Positions 1 to 12,647 of a DNA stretch of 62,000 bases are shown piece by piece. Source of the stretch: Chiloscyllium plagiosum. Lineage: Eukaryota. Within the stretch, counting starts at the first letter, position 1; the number at the start of each line of letters is the position of its first letter. The notes beneath the pieces were generated by a model, which was given only the letters and a program-made list of their open reading frames with translations, was not told the DNA's origin and searched no databases. The DNA is taken from assembly GCF_004010195.1 (NCBI RefSeq), contig NC_057718.1, positions 41,201,208 through 41,263,207 on the forward strand. Direction: 5' to 3'. Position numbers and translations under genes: made by a program.

Positions 1-470
1 TGTCCACAGAACCGCCTGTCTGTCCCTCTAACTAGAGAGTCTCCTATAACTAGTGCTCTCCTCCTCTCCCCCTTTCCCTTCTGAGCCTCAGAGCCTGACC
101 TCGTGCCAGAGATCCGGTCACTGCAGCTTACCCCTGCTACCCCAACAGTATCCAAAGCGGTATACATATTGTTGGGGGGAACGACCACAGGGGATCCCTG
201 CACTGCCTGCTTCCTCCCCTTCCCACCTCTAACTGTTACCCAGCTACCTCTGTTCTCTGGCGTAGCTATGTCCCTGTAGCTTCTATCTATCACCCTCTCA
301 GCCTCTCGAATAATCCTCAGTTCATCCAACTCCAGTTCTAGTTCCCTAATTCGTTCTGTGAGGAGCAGGATCTGACTGCATTTCCTGCAGATGAAGTCGG
401 CAGGAGTATCGGTGGTCACCCCTACCTCAAACATCCTGCAGGAGGAACATTCCACTGCCTGCGCTGCCAT
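1..470 (-). CDS. CR1 ORF1, partial (Zn finger, coiled coil, start of SGNH esterase)
   Basis: Manual translation is open for 156 codons to the window edge: MAAQAVECSSCRMFEV...CRKC...IRELELELDELRII...RALVIGDSLVRGTDRRFCG. Confidence 0.85.
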   Translation of the reverse strand, partial: MAAQAVECSSCRMFEVGVTTDTPADFICRKCSQILLLTERIRELELELDELRIIREAERVIDRSYRDIATPENRGSWVTVRGGKGRKQAVQGSPVVVPPNNMYTALDTVGVAGVSCSDRISGTRSGSEAQKGKGERRRALVIGDSLVRGTDRRFCG

Positions 471-710
471 TACTCTACAGCTCGTCTCCGAAAACAAGAA
501 CACTGAGTAGCTTTCCTGTGGACTTTAAAATTAGGTTAGAGGAGGAGGATGGGAGGGAGGCCCTACTATGTAGGGCCTGGGGTCTAGATCACACCCACTC
601 AAATATCAATCACTTACCTTCCCGACCAGCTCTGCACTCCAACCTCCCTTCCGCCCAGCTCGCGCCGCTCTCTGCTGTGAAAAGACCGTTGGCGTCGAGG
701 TAAGTTCTTT
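1..710 (-). mobile_element. CR1/HER1-type LINE 5' end (5'UTR plus ORF1), running off the left edge
   Basis: Minus-strand ORF1 starts at 470. The 5'UTR resembles 15380-15640 (GGTTAGAGGAGGAGGA, CACTTACC, GAGGTAAGTT). Confidence 0.85.
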
Positions 711-1701
711 AGATCCTGCAGAGATCAGGTTAATTATTCCAGCAAATCTACAAAAATATTCTTTTTAAATATATTTAACATGTTGCTAAAGAGCACACAC
801 TGACCTTGTAATGTTCAATTTGTAGGACCAGACAGAATATACAAAGTTTGATCTTTGTATCTTCCTTGACATCAAGCTCAAATAATTAGGATGATATAAC
901 TATCAAGACTTTAAAAGTTCATAGTGGAAAAGAATATTCAATCCTCTGCTTCCTGTATGTCAGTAAGAAGGTTTCGCATTAATCCATATACTTGTAAGTA
1001 CTGTCTATTTTTAACATAGCTGCAATCTACAGGTATTCATAAGTTTAATGTTAACTATTCACGAGCTTGATGGATGACGTTTTTCTTATCCTTTTCAACC
1101 TTGTGATATCCAGCTCACTAGGACTTGTGTTTTCATGTAGGGTTGTCTGAATGGACTTTACCATTTTGATTTATCCTGTTTCTTTTGCACAATCATTCTG
1201 AGCCATGTGTCACTCTGTGTGAAAGATAATATCACCAATAGTGAGCAAAACTGAAATATGAGTCATTCCCATGGATATATCTTGATTACCACCCTGTGCA
1301 GCTGGACAGCTGAAATGAGGTGATAGGAATGACCTGTAATCTGAAATTAAGCTGACAGGTGGTAGTGAGTTAATGTCTGAGAATGCCTTTGAACAAAGAT
1401 AGCTGTGTGAAATCTTTAGATCCACAGTTGCTTACAATTTAAATTTGTATCACATCTTGTCCGCAGAAAAAGCTCAAGTTCACATTTGTTCATATGTCAC
1501 CAAAAGCTAACATGCAAACACAGCAAGCAATCAGGAAAGAAAGTTGGCTTTTATTGCAAGATTTTCTACTGATTGGAACAAGGTCAGCCAGGTGGACCTC
1601 ATAGAATATGAGTTCCCTGATTGGGGCTGTTAACCTGTTCCAATCAGGGACCTCTGACTGACAGATATAGACAGGAATGTCAGAGGTTCTGTTCAGTGGC
1701 T

Positions 1702-1784
1702 GGTAGCATGGCCAAGTGGTCTAAGATGCTGGATTAAGGCTCCAGCCTCTAAAGGAGGCATGGGTTCGAATCCCACTGCTGCCA
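1702..1784 (+). tRNA. tRNA-Leu(AAG) pseudogene, part of a retrocopy
   Basis: GGTAGCATGGCCAAGTGGTCTAAGATGCTGGATTAAGGCTCCAG...GGGTTCGAATCCCACTGCTGCCA. Anticodon AAG at 1736-1738, long variable arm. Differences from the vertebrate consensus are mostly CpG transitions. Confidence 0.9.
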
Positions 1785-1874
1785 TTTGTGCGGGTTGCCT
1801 GTTATCCTGCAGCGTGTTAAGCTTCAGTGTTAAACACTGCTGTGTTTAAATTCCAATACAACAAGCTGGTTTTG

Positions 1875-2594
1875 CTCTCTTTGGGGCTGGCAGTTGGCAA
1901 AGTGAGGAACCATGCCAGTCACTCACTCCTTGTCATGCAGTAAAACCTATGGCGCCCCTCGGCGTCCATTTGAAAAGTCCCAGTTGGACCAGGAGCTGAA
2001 GCTGATTGATGAGTATGGTCTGAGGAACAAGCGTGAAATCTGGAGGGTGGAGTTCACTCTGGCCAAGATCCGCAAAGCTGCACGCGAGCTGCTGACGCTG
2101 GACGAGAAGGACGCCAAGCGACTCTTTGAAGGGAATGCGCTGCTGTGCGTCTGGTCTGCATTGGAATGGTGGATGAGGTGAAGATGAGGCTGGATTACAT
2201 TCTGGGCCTGAAGATGGAGGATTTCCTGGAGAGAAGGCTGCAGACCCAGGTGTTCAAACTGGGCCTGGCCAAGTCGATCCACCACGCTTGGCTACTGATT
2301 CGGCAGAGACACATCCGAGTGCGGAAGCAGGTGGTGAATATCCCATCCTACATAGTGCACCTGGACTCCCAGAAGCACATTGACTTCTCACTGTGTTTCC
2401 CATATTGGCGTGGTCGTCCCAGCAGGGTAATAAAGGAAGAATGCCAAGAAGACCCAAGGAGGTGGAGGAGCTGCTGATGATGAGGAGGAGGACTGAGCGA
2501 GTGCGTGGGGGGGGGGGGGCTTCTGCCCCATCCTCCTTCTGATCAAGAACTGTTCACAAATTAAAACAGGTTTTCCTTTTAAAAAGAAAAATAA
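1875..2594 (+). pseudogene. RPS9: Processed pseudogene of 40S ribosomal protein S9 (uS4)
   Basis: Intronless MPV...[22 protein letters not shown]...[16 protein letters not shown] / [11 protein letters not shown]...[13 protein letters not shown]...DDEEED*. ATG at 1912, stop at 2496, frameshifts near 2145 and 2430. 5'TOP-like CTCTCTTT at 1875, ATTAAA at 2560, A-rich tail at 2581-2591. Confidence 0.95.
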
Positions 2595-3369
2595 ACAGGA
2601 ATGTCAGAGGTTCTGTTCACTCTGAGAGCTATCTTTCAGGAAGCTGGATCAATGTCAAGGAATTTCCACAAGTAAGTAAAAGGTGACTGGGTGACAGGAT
2701 CCTGGCCTTTGTGGAGGTATGTCAGATTTGAGTAGAGGAGTAAAGATGCCTGCAGTTGTATAGAAATTTAGTGAGACTGAACTAGGAGTATTGTGTGCAG
2801 TTTAGTGTTGTCTTACCTAAGGAAGGACACACTGGGAGTGCAATGGAAGTTCACTAGTTTAACTTCTGGCTCGGTGGTACTATCTTATGAGGAAATATTG
2901 AAGAGACTGGGTCTATATTCTCCTGAATTTTGAAGAATGATAAATTCTCATTGAATCTGACGATATTCTTAGAGGGCTAGACAGGATGCATGCAGAAAGA
3001 GCATTTCACCTATCGGAATGGTCTCATACCAGGAGATACAGGCACAGAATAAAGGGCAAGCTGTTTAGGACTGAGAATTGGGATTTCATCACGAAATTTG
3101 TTCAGATTCTGTGGCAGTATACACTAAATAGGATAGAATTTTTGAAATTTTCCATCTCAGCTATGGAAGAGCAGTCACTGTGCATACTCAAGGCAGAGGT
3201 TGATTGATTTCTCGATATGAATGACATTAGGGAATATGTGGAATGCATGCAAAAGTGGCATTGAAGTAGATGATCAACTATGTCATAGAGTAGCAGACAA
3301 AGAGCCAAATGACCTAATCCTGCACTTGTGTTCCAAAGTTCCTCTGCAGGAGTTATTCTTTTTTTGTTG

Positions 3370-3975
3370 ATTCACAGAGGATGCATAGTCAGGGTATATT
3401 ACCTACCTCTCATTAGTAAAATACCTTCTTGAAATGCTGCAGTCGGTGATACATAGGTACACCCACAGTGCTATCAATAAGGAAGTTTCAGGAATCTGAC
3501 CTAATGATAATGAAGGGACTATGATAAATGTCTGAGTTAGAATGATATGCAACTCGGAGGTCATCCTGAAGTTGGAGGCGTTCCCTTGTGCTGCTTACTC
3601 TTATATTTCTAGTTATTATATTGGAGGCTTGGAATGTTTTGTCAAACAAACCTTGGTGAACTGCTGTAACTGATCTTGTAAATAAGTACGCACTGCAGCT
3701 ATGGTGTGCCAGTGGTGTAGGAGGGGGCATGTTTAAAATGGAAGGTGAGATGCCAAGTGAGCTGCTTTGCTCTGTATGATGTAATTTTTTTTGAGAGTTG
3801 TTGGAGCTGGAATTATCCAGGCAAGTAGATAGCATTCCATCAAACCCATGAGTTACTGCCTTGTAGATGATGGAAAGGCTTTGAGGAGTTAACTCTTGAG
3901 TTTCTCATCTCAAAATACCTGGCCTTTGACTTGCTCTTGTAGCCAAAGTATTACTGTGACTGATCCTGTTCAGAT
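3370..3975 (-). mobile_element. Decayed 3' fragment of a second CR1-superfamily LINE family
   Basis: Resembles 8785-9400 and 49860-50640 (CCTTCTTGAA..GCTGCAGTC, TTGTTGGAGCTG, TCCAGGCAAGT). Confidence 0.6.
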
Positions 3976-4823
3976 ACTGTGGCAGTATCTCACGATTAGG
4001 AGAGAAGTTAGGGTAGGCAAATTAGGAAATAGCAAATCGGTAAGTTTTGAGGAAGTCTTTGAAGATATAAGAGTAGGTGGAAATTTTAAAAAAAGTTATA
4101 GATTGCAACCAAGTGGTTTTTGGGTGTCATCGTTCACCATAAGCCAAGATCCTAATTCAGATGAATGAGCAGAGGGCATCCCTGAGTACAGCCTATGTAC
4201 AGAAAAAGAAGGCAATTTAGACATCTACATATTTGACTGTCTTACACTTCCTAATAGCTGTGAGCTGGGAGCAATTCTCTCCTACTCTCGCAGCATGGGA
4301 AAGGTGGGGGAGGTCATTTAAGTATCCTGTAAAAGAGGAAAAACAACAATGGAACAATAACAAGGATATTATTTATGAATCTTTCTGAATTGCAATCCAA
4401 AGCTGTTATTTTGCAGGGCAGGGTTTGATCACAGATAAAGAATATCAAATAGAATCTTATCCGACTGCTCTCAGGCAGCTGTCTTGAGAGTGGCACTGTT
4501 TAATAATTAGAAGCATATGATTTTTCAACTGCCATCCGTACAGAGCGGGCAAAGCGAGTCAGGGGATAAATTGAAAAGTAAATATCCTAAAGGTATGCAC
4601 ATCCAGTCTACCCAAAAAGTAGTTGTTCCTTTGAAGTTGATCAACTAACACTTCAGAAAACTGTCCAATGTCAGGGCTGTTAAAACCTCCATAGAGACCA
4701 AGCATTATTAAAGGTGATCCAAACTTCCAGTTACCAACTGAAAGAATGATATGAAAAATGTGATACTTAAAAATATTTTCTGTAACAAATGACCAAAGAA
4801 AATACCATTGACTAAACACAAAA

Positions 4824-7800
4824 ATGGCCTTTAGTAGAGTGATATGCTCTTCCTGCTGGATGTAGGAGTTTAGGGAGAGTTTACAGGTTACTGAGGATTA
4901 TATCTGCAATAAATGAGGTTGATTGCGAATCCTATCAGACCGAATGGATCGGTTGGAGAGACAGTTAGAGGCAATAAGGAATTTACAAGAGCAAGGGGAT
5001 GTGATGGATAGCAGTTATAGGAAGGGGGAAAAGTCGCAGATACAGTCACATAGATGGGTTAACTCCAGAAAAGCTAAGAGAGGAAGTCAAGTAGTGCAGG
5101 AGCCTTCTGTGGCTATCCCCATTTCAAACAAGTATGCTGTTTTGAAAAATATCGGGAGTGATGGATTCTCAGAGGAATGTTGCATGAACAGCCAGATTTC
5201 TGGTATTGAGACAGGCTCTAATGCAATGAGGGGTACGTCAGGTTCCAAGAGATTGATTTTGTTGTTGGACTCTCTAGTCCAAGGTACAGATAGACGTTTC
5301 TGAGGCCAGTAGCGAAAAATCAGAATAGTGTGTTGCTTCCCTGGGAGGATTTAAATTAGTAAGGTGGGGTGTGGGACCCAGAGAGATAGTGACAAAAGAG
5401 ATCAATCTGAGACTGGTACAGTTGAGAACAAAGGTGAGTCAAACAGTCAGGGCATGCAGAGACAAAGCAGGGACAAAGCAGAGAACAATGTGGGGCTGAT
5501 AAATTAAACTGCATTTATTTCATGGCAAGAGTCCTAACAGGGAAGGCAGATGAACTAAGGGGATGGTTAGGAACATGGGACTGGGATATCATAGCAATTA
5601 TAAAAACGTGGCTCAGGGATGGATAGGACTGGCAGCTTAATGTTCCAGGATGCAAATGCTACAGGAAGGATAGAAAGGGAGGCAAGAGAGGAGGGGGAGT
5701 GGCGTTTTTGATAAGGAATAGCATTACAGCTGTACTGAGGGAGGATATTCCCGGAAATACATCCAGGGAAGTTATTTGGGTGGAACTGAGAAATAAGAAA
5801 GGGATGATCACCTTATTGGGATTGTATTATCGACCCTCAAATAGTCAGAGGGAAATTGAGAAACAATTTATAATGAGATCTCAGTTATCTTTAAGAATAA
5901 TAGGGTGGTTATGGCAGAGGATTTTAACTTTCCAAACATAGACTGGGACTGCCATAGTGTTGAGGGTTTAGATGGAAAGGAATTTGTTAAGTTTGTACAA
6001 GAACGTTTTCTGATTCAGTATGTGGATGTACCTACTAGAGAAGGTGCAGAACTTGACCTACTCTTGGGAAATAAGGCAGGGCAGGTGACTGAGGTGTCAG
6101 TGGGGGAGCACTTTGGGGCCAGCGACCATAACTCTATTAGTTTTAAAATAATGATGGAAAAGGATAGACCAGATCTAAAAATTGAAATTCTAAATTGGAG
6201 AAAGGCCAATTTTGACAATATTAGGCAAGAACTTTCAAAAGCTGATTGGGGGCAAATGTTTGGAGGTAATGGGACGGCTGGAAAATGGGAAGCCTTCAGA
6301 AATGAGATAATGAGAATCCAGAGAAATTATATTCCTGTTAGGCTGAAAAGAAAGGCTGGTAGATATTGGGAATGCTGGATGACTAAAGAAATTGAGGTTT
6401 TGATTAAGAAAAAGAAGGAAGCATATGTCAGGTATAGACAGGACAGTTCGAGTGAATCCTTAGAAGAGTATAAAGGCAGTAGGAGTATACTTAAGAGAGA
6501 AATCAAGATGGCCAAAAGGGGAAATGAGATAGCTTTGGCAAATAGATTTAAGGAGAATCCAAAGGGTTTTTACAAATAGATTAAGGACAAAAGGGTAACT
6601 AGGGAGAGAATAGGACCCCTCAAAGATCAGTAAGGTGGCCTTTGTGTGGAACTGCAGGAGGTGGGGGAGTATTTTGCATCAGTATTTACTGTGGAAAAGG
6701 ACATGGAAGATATAGAATGTAAGGAAATAGATGGTGACATCTTGAAAAATGTCCATATTACAGAGGAGGAAGTGCTGGTTGTCTTGAAATGCATAAAAGT
6801 GGATAAATCCACAAGACTTGGTCAGGTGTATCGTAGAACTCTGTGGGAAGCTAGGGAAGTGATTGCTGGGCCTCTTACTGAGATATTTGTATCATTGACA
6901 GTCACAGGTGAGGTGCTGGAAGACTGGAGGTTGGCTAATGTGGTGCCACTGTTTAAGAAAGGTGGTAAGGACAAGCCAGGGAACTATAGACCAGTGAGCC
7001 TGACGTCAGTGGTGGGCAAGTTGTTGGAGGGAATCCTGAGGGACAGGATGTACATGTATTTGGAAAGGCAAGGACTGATTAGGCCTAGTCAACATGGCTT
7101 TGTGCATGGGAAATCATGTCTCACAAACTTGATTGAGTTTTTTGAAGAAGTAACAAAGAGGATTGATAAGGGCAGAGCAGTAGATGTGATCTATATGGAC
7201 TTCAGTAAAATGGACAAGGTTTCTAATGGTAGACTAGTTAGCAAGGTTAGATATCATGGAATACAGGGAGAGCTAGCCATTTGGATACAGAACTGGCTCA
7301 AAGGTAGAAGACAGAGGGTGGTGCTGGAGGGTTGTTTTTCAAACTGGAGGCCTGTGACCAGTGGAGTGCCACAAGGATCGGTGCTGGGTCCACTACTTTT
7401 CATCATTTATATAAATGATTTGCATGTGAGCACAAGAGGTATAGTCAGTAAGTTTGCAGATGACACCAAAATTGGAGGTGTAATGGACAGCAAAGAAGGT
7501 TATCTCAGATTACAATGGGATCTTAATCAGATGGACTATGGAGTGGCAGGTGGAGTTTAATTCAGATAAATGCTAGGTGCCACATTTTGGGAAAGCAAAT
7601 AAGAGCAGGACTTATACACAATGGTAAGATCCTGGGGAGTGTTGTTGAACAAAGAGACCTTGGAGTGCAGGTTCATAGCTCCTTTAAATGAGAGTCACAG
7701 GTAGGTAGGATAGTGAAGAAGGCATTTGATATGCTTTCCTTTATTGGTCAGAGCACTGAGTATATGAGGTTATTTTGCAGCTGTACAGGACATTGGTTAG

Positions 7801-8322
7801 GATACTTTTGGAATATTGTGTGCAATTCTGGTCTCCCTCCTATAGGAAGGATGTTGTGAAACCTGAAAGAGTTCAGAAAAGGTTTATGAGGATTTTGCCA
7901 TAGTTGGATGATTTCAGCCATAGGGAGAGGCTGAATAGGCTTGGTCTGAGGGGTGACCTTATAGAGGTTATTAAAATCATGAGGGGCATGAGGGACAAAG
8001 TCTTTTCCCTGGAGTGTGGAAGTCCAGAAATAGAGAGCATAGGTTTAGGGTGAGTGGGGAAAGGTATAAAAGAGACCTAAGGGCAGCTTTTTCACACAGA
8101 GGGTGGTAAGTGTATGGAATGAGCTGCCAGAGGAAGTGGTGGAGGCTGGTACAATTACAACATTTAAACGAAATCTGGATGGGTATATGAATCGGAAGGG
8201 TTTGGAGAGATATTGGCCAGGTGCTGGCAGGTGGGACTAAATTGGGTAGAATATCTGGTTGGCATGGACGAGTTGGACCAAAGAGTCTGTTTCTATGCTC
8301 CACATCTATATGACTCTTTGAC
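4824..8322 (+). mobile_element. Near full-length defective CR1/HER1 LINE
   Basis: ORF1 remnant (MAFSRVICSSCWM; DSLVQGTDRRF) with an internal deletion near 5345. ORF2 pieces: APE (GLYYRP, DFNFPNIDW, LDLLL, SDHNSI) and RT ([34 protein letters not shown]). ACTCTATG-like 3' tail. Confidence 0.95.
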
Positions 8323-8784
8323 CTTATTGTTAGTAACTTAAACTTTAAGCTACAGAGAAAAAAAACACTCCTCTTTTACACACATTGTATATTTCACTCC
8401 CTGGAATTAAATCCTTGTAGTAGATGGACCACAGTTGGTCCCAGCTTCTAATGTGTTCTTGTCATGTCATTTTGCCAATATGTAATCATCCTCAGGTGAT
8501 TTCCTCCATTTTTGGAGAGTCTTGTAAATTCAACGTCAGCAGTAAAGCCTGTTCAGATGACTGTTCTTCCCCCAGTCATGTCAGGACGAATCTCCCAGAC
8601 CTGTGGATGGCTACAAAATAAAGAGACTGTCCTATCTTGGATTTGGCTGTGATAGCTCATAAAACCATGAAGCCATTTCTCTCTGCTGGCAACATGAAGC
8701 AGCTATCTGTATGAGATATTCATTCATTTGCAGGGAAGTCTCAAAAATAGCTTCCTCTGGCCTCTCAACCATGTTTTAAAATTC

Positions 8785-9830
8785 CTTTTAATGGGATGCG
8801 AATGTCACTGGCTGGCCAACATTTATTACCTTTCCTTAGCTGCCCTTGAAAGATTGGTGGAGAGCTGTGTTCTTGAACCGTTGCAGTCAACCTGCTGTGG
8901 GTTGACCCACAATGCCACTGGGGAAGGAAATCCAGGATTTTGACCCAGCAACAGTGAAAGAACGGTGATGAATTTCCATGTCAGCATGGTAAATGGCTTG
9001 GAGAGAAACTTGATGGCGGTGGTGCTCCCATGGTATCTGCTGCCCTTGTCCTTCTAGATGGAAGTGATCATGGGTTTGGAAGGTGCTGTGTGAGGATCTT
9101 TGGTGAACTTCTGCAGTGCATCTTGTAGATTGTACACACTGCTGGTACTGAGCATTGGTGGTGGAGGGAGTGGATGTTTCTGAATGTAATGCCAGTCAAG
9201 CAGGCTGCTTTATTCCAAATGGTGTTAATCTTCAGAAGTATTGCTGGAGGAGCACATATCCAGGCAAGTGGGCAGTATTCCATCACACTCCTGATGTGCC
9301 TTGTTAATGTGAACAGACTTGGAGGAGTCAGGAAATGAGTTACTTGATGCAGAATTCCTAGCCTTTGACCTGCGTTTGTAGCCACTATGTTTATCTGGTG
9401 AGTCCAATTGATTTTCTGGTCAATGTCAAACACAAGTATATTGATAGTGAGGTATTCAGTGATGGTAACACCACTAAATATCAAAGGGTGGTGGTTGGAT
9501 TGTGTCTTATTGGTGATAGTCATAGTCTGGCATTTGTGTGGCATGAATGCTATTTGCCACTTGTAAGCCCAAGCCTGGATATTGTACAGACCTTGTTGTA
9601 TTTGAACATGGATTGATTCAGTATCTGAGGAGTTGCGAATGGTGCTGAACATTGTGTATTCATCGGTGAACATCCCCACTTCTGACCTTGAGATTGAGGG
9701 AAGGTCATTGATGAAGCACCTGAAGATGGTTGGGCCTTGGATACTACCCTGCAGAGATGTCCTGGAGCTGAGGTAACTGACCTCCAACAACTATGAGTAT
9801 CTTCCCAAGTGCCAGGTATGACTCCAACTG
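8785..9830 (-). mobile_element. 3' part of second CR1-superfamily LINE (RT C-terminus plus 3'UTR)
   Basis: ORF 9068..9790: QGSIQGPTIFRCFINDLP...FTDE...WQIAFMPHKCQ...RSVMEYCPLAW. Confidence 0.85.
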
Positions 9831-11396
9831 GCATTGAAATGTATTAACTTTGTAGATAGGTAGAAACACTAATTTAATATTCTTGCCTCTAATGCCTTCT
9901 CACCTTAGAAGCAAATGGATGCTGTGCCACACAATTGTTTACAAACCAATATGTCTTATGGAGCTTTAGGTGACTCAGAGCCCATCTATTTTAAATTCAG
10001 AAACTGCCACCATTGTTCACAAGCAAGAATATCTTGCACCTTCTTCCCAGTAAACCAATCAAAGTTTTCCTTTGATCTCTTACAATCATGTGTACTGCCA
10101 GGCAGACTTCAACACAGGTCATATGATCCTTCACCTACTCTAAATTTCGTGTTACAGTCCAAAACATAACAATCTCAAACATCTCGTAACTGTAGCAGTA
10201 TTTCACCATGCGTAAAGTGATAACCTTTGAGCAAAAGATGAGACAGATGGAAAACAAAGAATGGATTACAACTCAAAGAAAACAAATCTTGTCATAAATA
10301 TTTCTTCTGAAAGCTTTGGAAATATGCAGCATGCTTCACCAAAACTCTTTTTTTTTTAATATGGTTCCCTGCCTCTATTGTTGATTTCTGAACCTCTATT
10401 CACCCTGAATGGGCCAAGTAGAAGACAGGGTAGTCAATAGCAATGAGATACTTAGCCTACTTGATGAGTGACTGAAGCACAAAAAGTTCGCAGTTGCCAA
10501 AAGTATGAGTAATGGATTAAGCTCTTGCTTTAAGTGCTAACCACTGCATAGTTTGCTTATACTTTAAAATAATAAAGAAAGGATAGTTTTTAATGCACTG
10601 GACGTCCCCACCCCTTCATTTTAAAGGTCATGTGAATTCAGGCCCCTTTATTTTTTCCCATGGACTCAGGCAAACAGCCTGCTGTGATCAAACAGAGCAG
10701 GTCACTTTGAATGATTAGGCCAGTCAGCTGAGCAAGACCCTCAGTTTGTGATGGGCCCAGACAGTTTCCAGGAAGGGGACAAAGCTGTAGGTAAAGCCCT
10801 CCGTATGGAGAGAAGCAACATAATTCATTGACATCTGAAGACCCAACAAAGGTATACATGAATGGACAATTCTTAAAGGAGTGAGTTAGGAAGATTGCTT
10901 TTCAGAGAAAAAAAAATCTGGAGAAGTTACCTAATAATTTAGACCGGGATGTACAGATTTAACAAATCCCATTCCATTAACAACATAATCATTTCCTTAT
11001 TACTGTTAATGAACATTAAAATCTCTATAATATTTGCTTTGACTTGCACAATGTCTAATCACTGCTCCTACAATCAAAACAACAATTAAAGAGCTGCTCA
11101 TTTGACATTGTGTGATGAATCATTTTATGCACAGACTGTGAAACATTAGCTAAGTAGCATCATCATGCAGTGTGCTTGATGCTGATAACAAATAGACAGC
11201 ATATTATGCACCCATAATTGCTTTGAATTGGGATAAGACTCAGAAAGTCGTACATTTATGAGTTGTGAAACAATTGTATATTCTTTAAATTGTGCACGTG
11301 AAAAAAATATATAAACAGGAAGAAAGGCACAACAGATCTTATGCATTGGTTCATTCTTCATTCTGAAGAAGAAAGGTCTCTGGGCTCAAGATGTTA

Positions 11397-11682
11397 AGAT
11401 TAGATTACTTACAGTGTGGAAACAGGCCCTTTGGCCCAACAAGTCCACACCGACCCGCCGAAGCGCAACCCACCCAGACCCATTCCCCTACATTTACCCC
11501 TTCACCTAACACTATGGGCAATGTAGCATGGCCAATTTACCTAACCTGCACATTTTTGGACTGTGGGAGGAAACCCACACAGACACGGGGAGAATGTGCA
11601 AACTCCACACAGTCGCCTGAGGTGGGAAATGAACCCGGGCCTCTGTGCTGTGAGGCAGCAGTGCTAGCCACCATGCTACCCC
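11397..11682 (-). mobile_element. HE1-type tRNA-derived SINE
   Basis: Reverse complement shows a tRNA-like head (GGTGGCTAGCACTGCTGCCTCACAG), TGTGTGGAGTTTGCACATTCTCCCCGTGTCTG core, CR1-like 3' end and (AATCT)n tail. Confidence 0.9.
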
Positions 11683-12647
11683 ACTCTGTTTTATCTCCAC
11701 AGATGCTACTCAACCTGCTGAGTTTCACCAGCAATTTTATTTTTGCTTGGTAAAAATTCTGTGAACCACTAGGATACATGTAGTGTTGTCAGTACACAAT
11801 TTCATTCTAAATGCAAATTTCTGAGGAAGGGTCACTCGATCTCTTTCCACAGGTGCTGCCAGGCCTGCTGAGCTTTTCCAGCAATTTCTGTTTTTGTTTG
11901 TGGAAAAATTTCACTCTTTTTGCGATTGGTAGTATATCCAGTTTATGTGTTCACCTGCACTAATTTGCTGTGGAACAACAGAGTAGAAGGTTTAGAGAAG
12001 GGAGCAGAGCTTGGCATTAGCCCCTCCTATTGGTCCAGACACTCAGAAAGCAGGTTGTGACAGCTCCAGGCATTTTGTCTGGTACAGTCAAATAGACAAT
12101 TTCGTCATCCTCCTCGCCTTCTTTCCAACAACAGCATGGAAAGCACAACATACTGGGATCATGTAGCTTCTTAATATTCTATCATTACAAGAGCTTTCCA
12201 AATATTCCCTTTGCACTGTGATGTTATTGAGAGTTTCAGTCTTCTTTGAGAAAGGGAGACTTCACAAACTATTTCTGTCAAGATGAGGTTTGTAACTCAA
12301 GCTGCAGGTCCTGGGATTTACATGTGGGATTGAAAGAGCCCTTTCTGTCAGCTCTAACTGCTCCATATACATTTGCTGATTCTCCCTTTCCTCTGTGCAG
12401 GATCACTTCAAAGATGGTTGCTGCCGTCTGTTGAACAGCATTTTATAATGATCTTGGTGAAAACGTTTCCTGCAGACAGCAGCAGAACCTTATACAAATA
12501 GCCCAGCAATAATTGCCAGAGAGAACTGAAAATCAAAAACCTGACTTTAAGGAGAAATTAAATGATTTGACCACACCTAAGTTAAGATTCTCATTTACAG
12601 CTTTAACAAACTGCATAGTTCTGCCTTTTTGTAGCCTTAGCAATTAC

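Larger units (their letters stand above)
1565..2724 (+). mobile_element. Solo LTR (~235 bp) split by a retrocopy insertion
   Basis: 5-bp TSD GATTT (1560-1564 / 2725-2729). Ends in CA. CCAAT boxes at 1572, 1620 (reverse) and 1640, TATA-like at 1666, AGTAAA near the 3' end. Confidence 0.65.
1480..3335 (+). mobile_element. Old CR1 3' fragment interrupted by a solo LTR at 1565-2724
   Basis: ...TTGGCTTTTATTGCAAGATTT resumes as GATTTGAGTAGAGGAGTAAAGATG...GAGTATTGTGTGCAGTTT, typical of the CR1 ORF2 C-terminus, followed by a CR1 tail. Confidence 0.7.

Noticed and set aside
1200..1430. Possible conserved non-coding enhancer
   Set aside because: Conservation cannot be judged without alignments.
1702..1784. 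Functional tRNA gene
   Set aside because: Multiple stem-disrupting CpG mutations, and it lies inside a retro-insertion.
1912..2496. Functional RPS9 gene
   Set aside because: Intronless, two frameshifts, CpG-type substitutions, poly(A) tail and TSD.
5905..7560. Long ORFs as host genes
   Set aside because: Fragments of CR1 ORF2 separated by stops and frameshifts.
11950..12520. Possible promoter or first exon on the minus strand
   Set aside because: Only short ORFs and generic TATA-like motifs, with no recognisable product.
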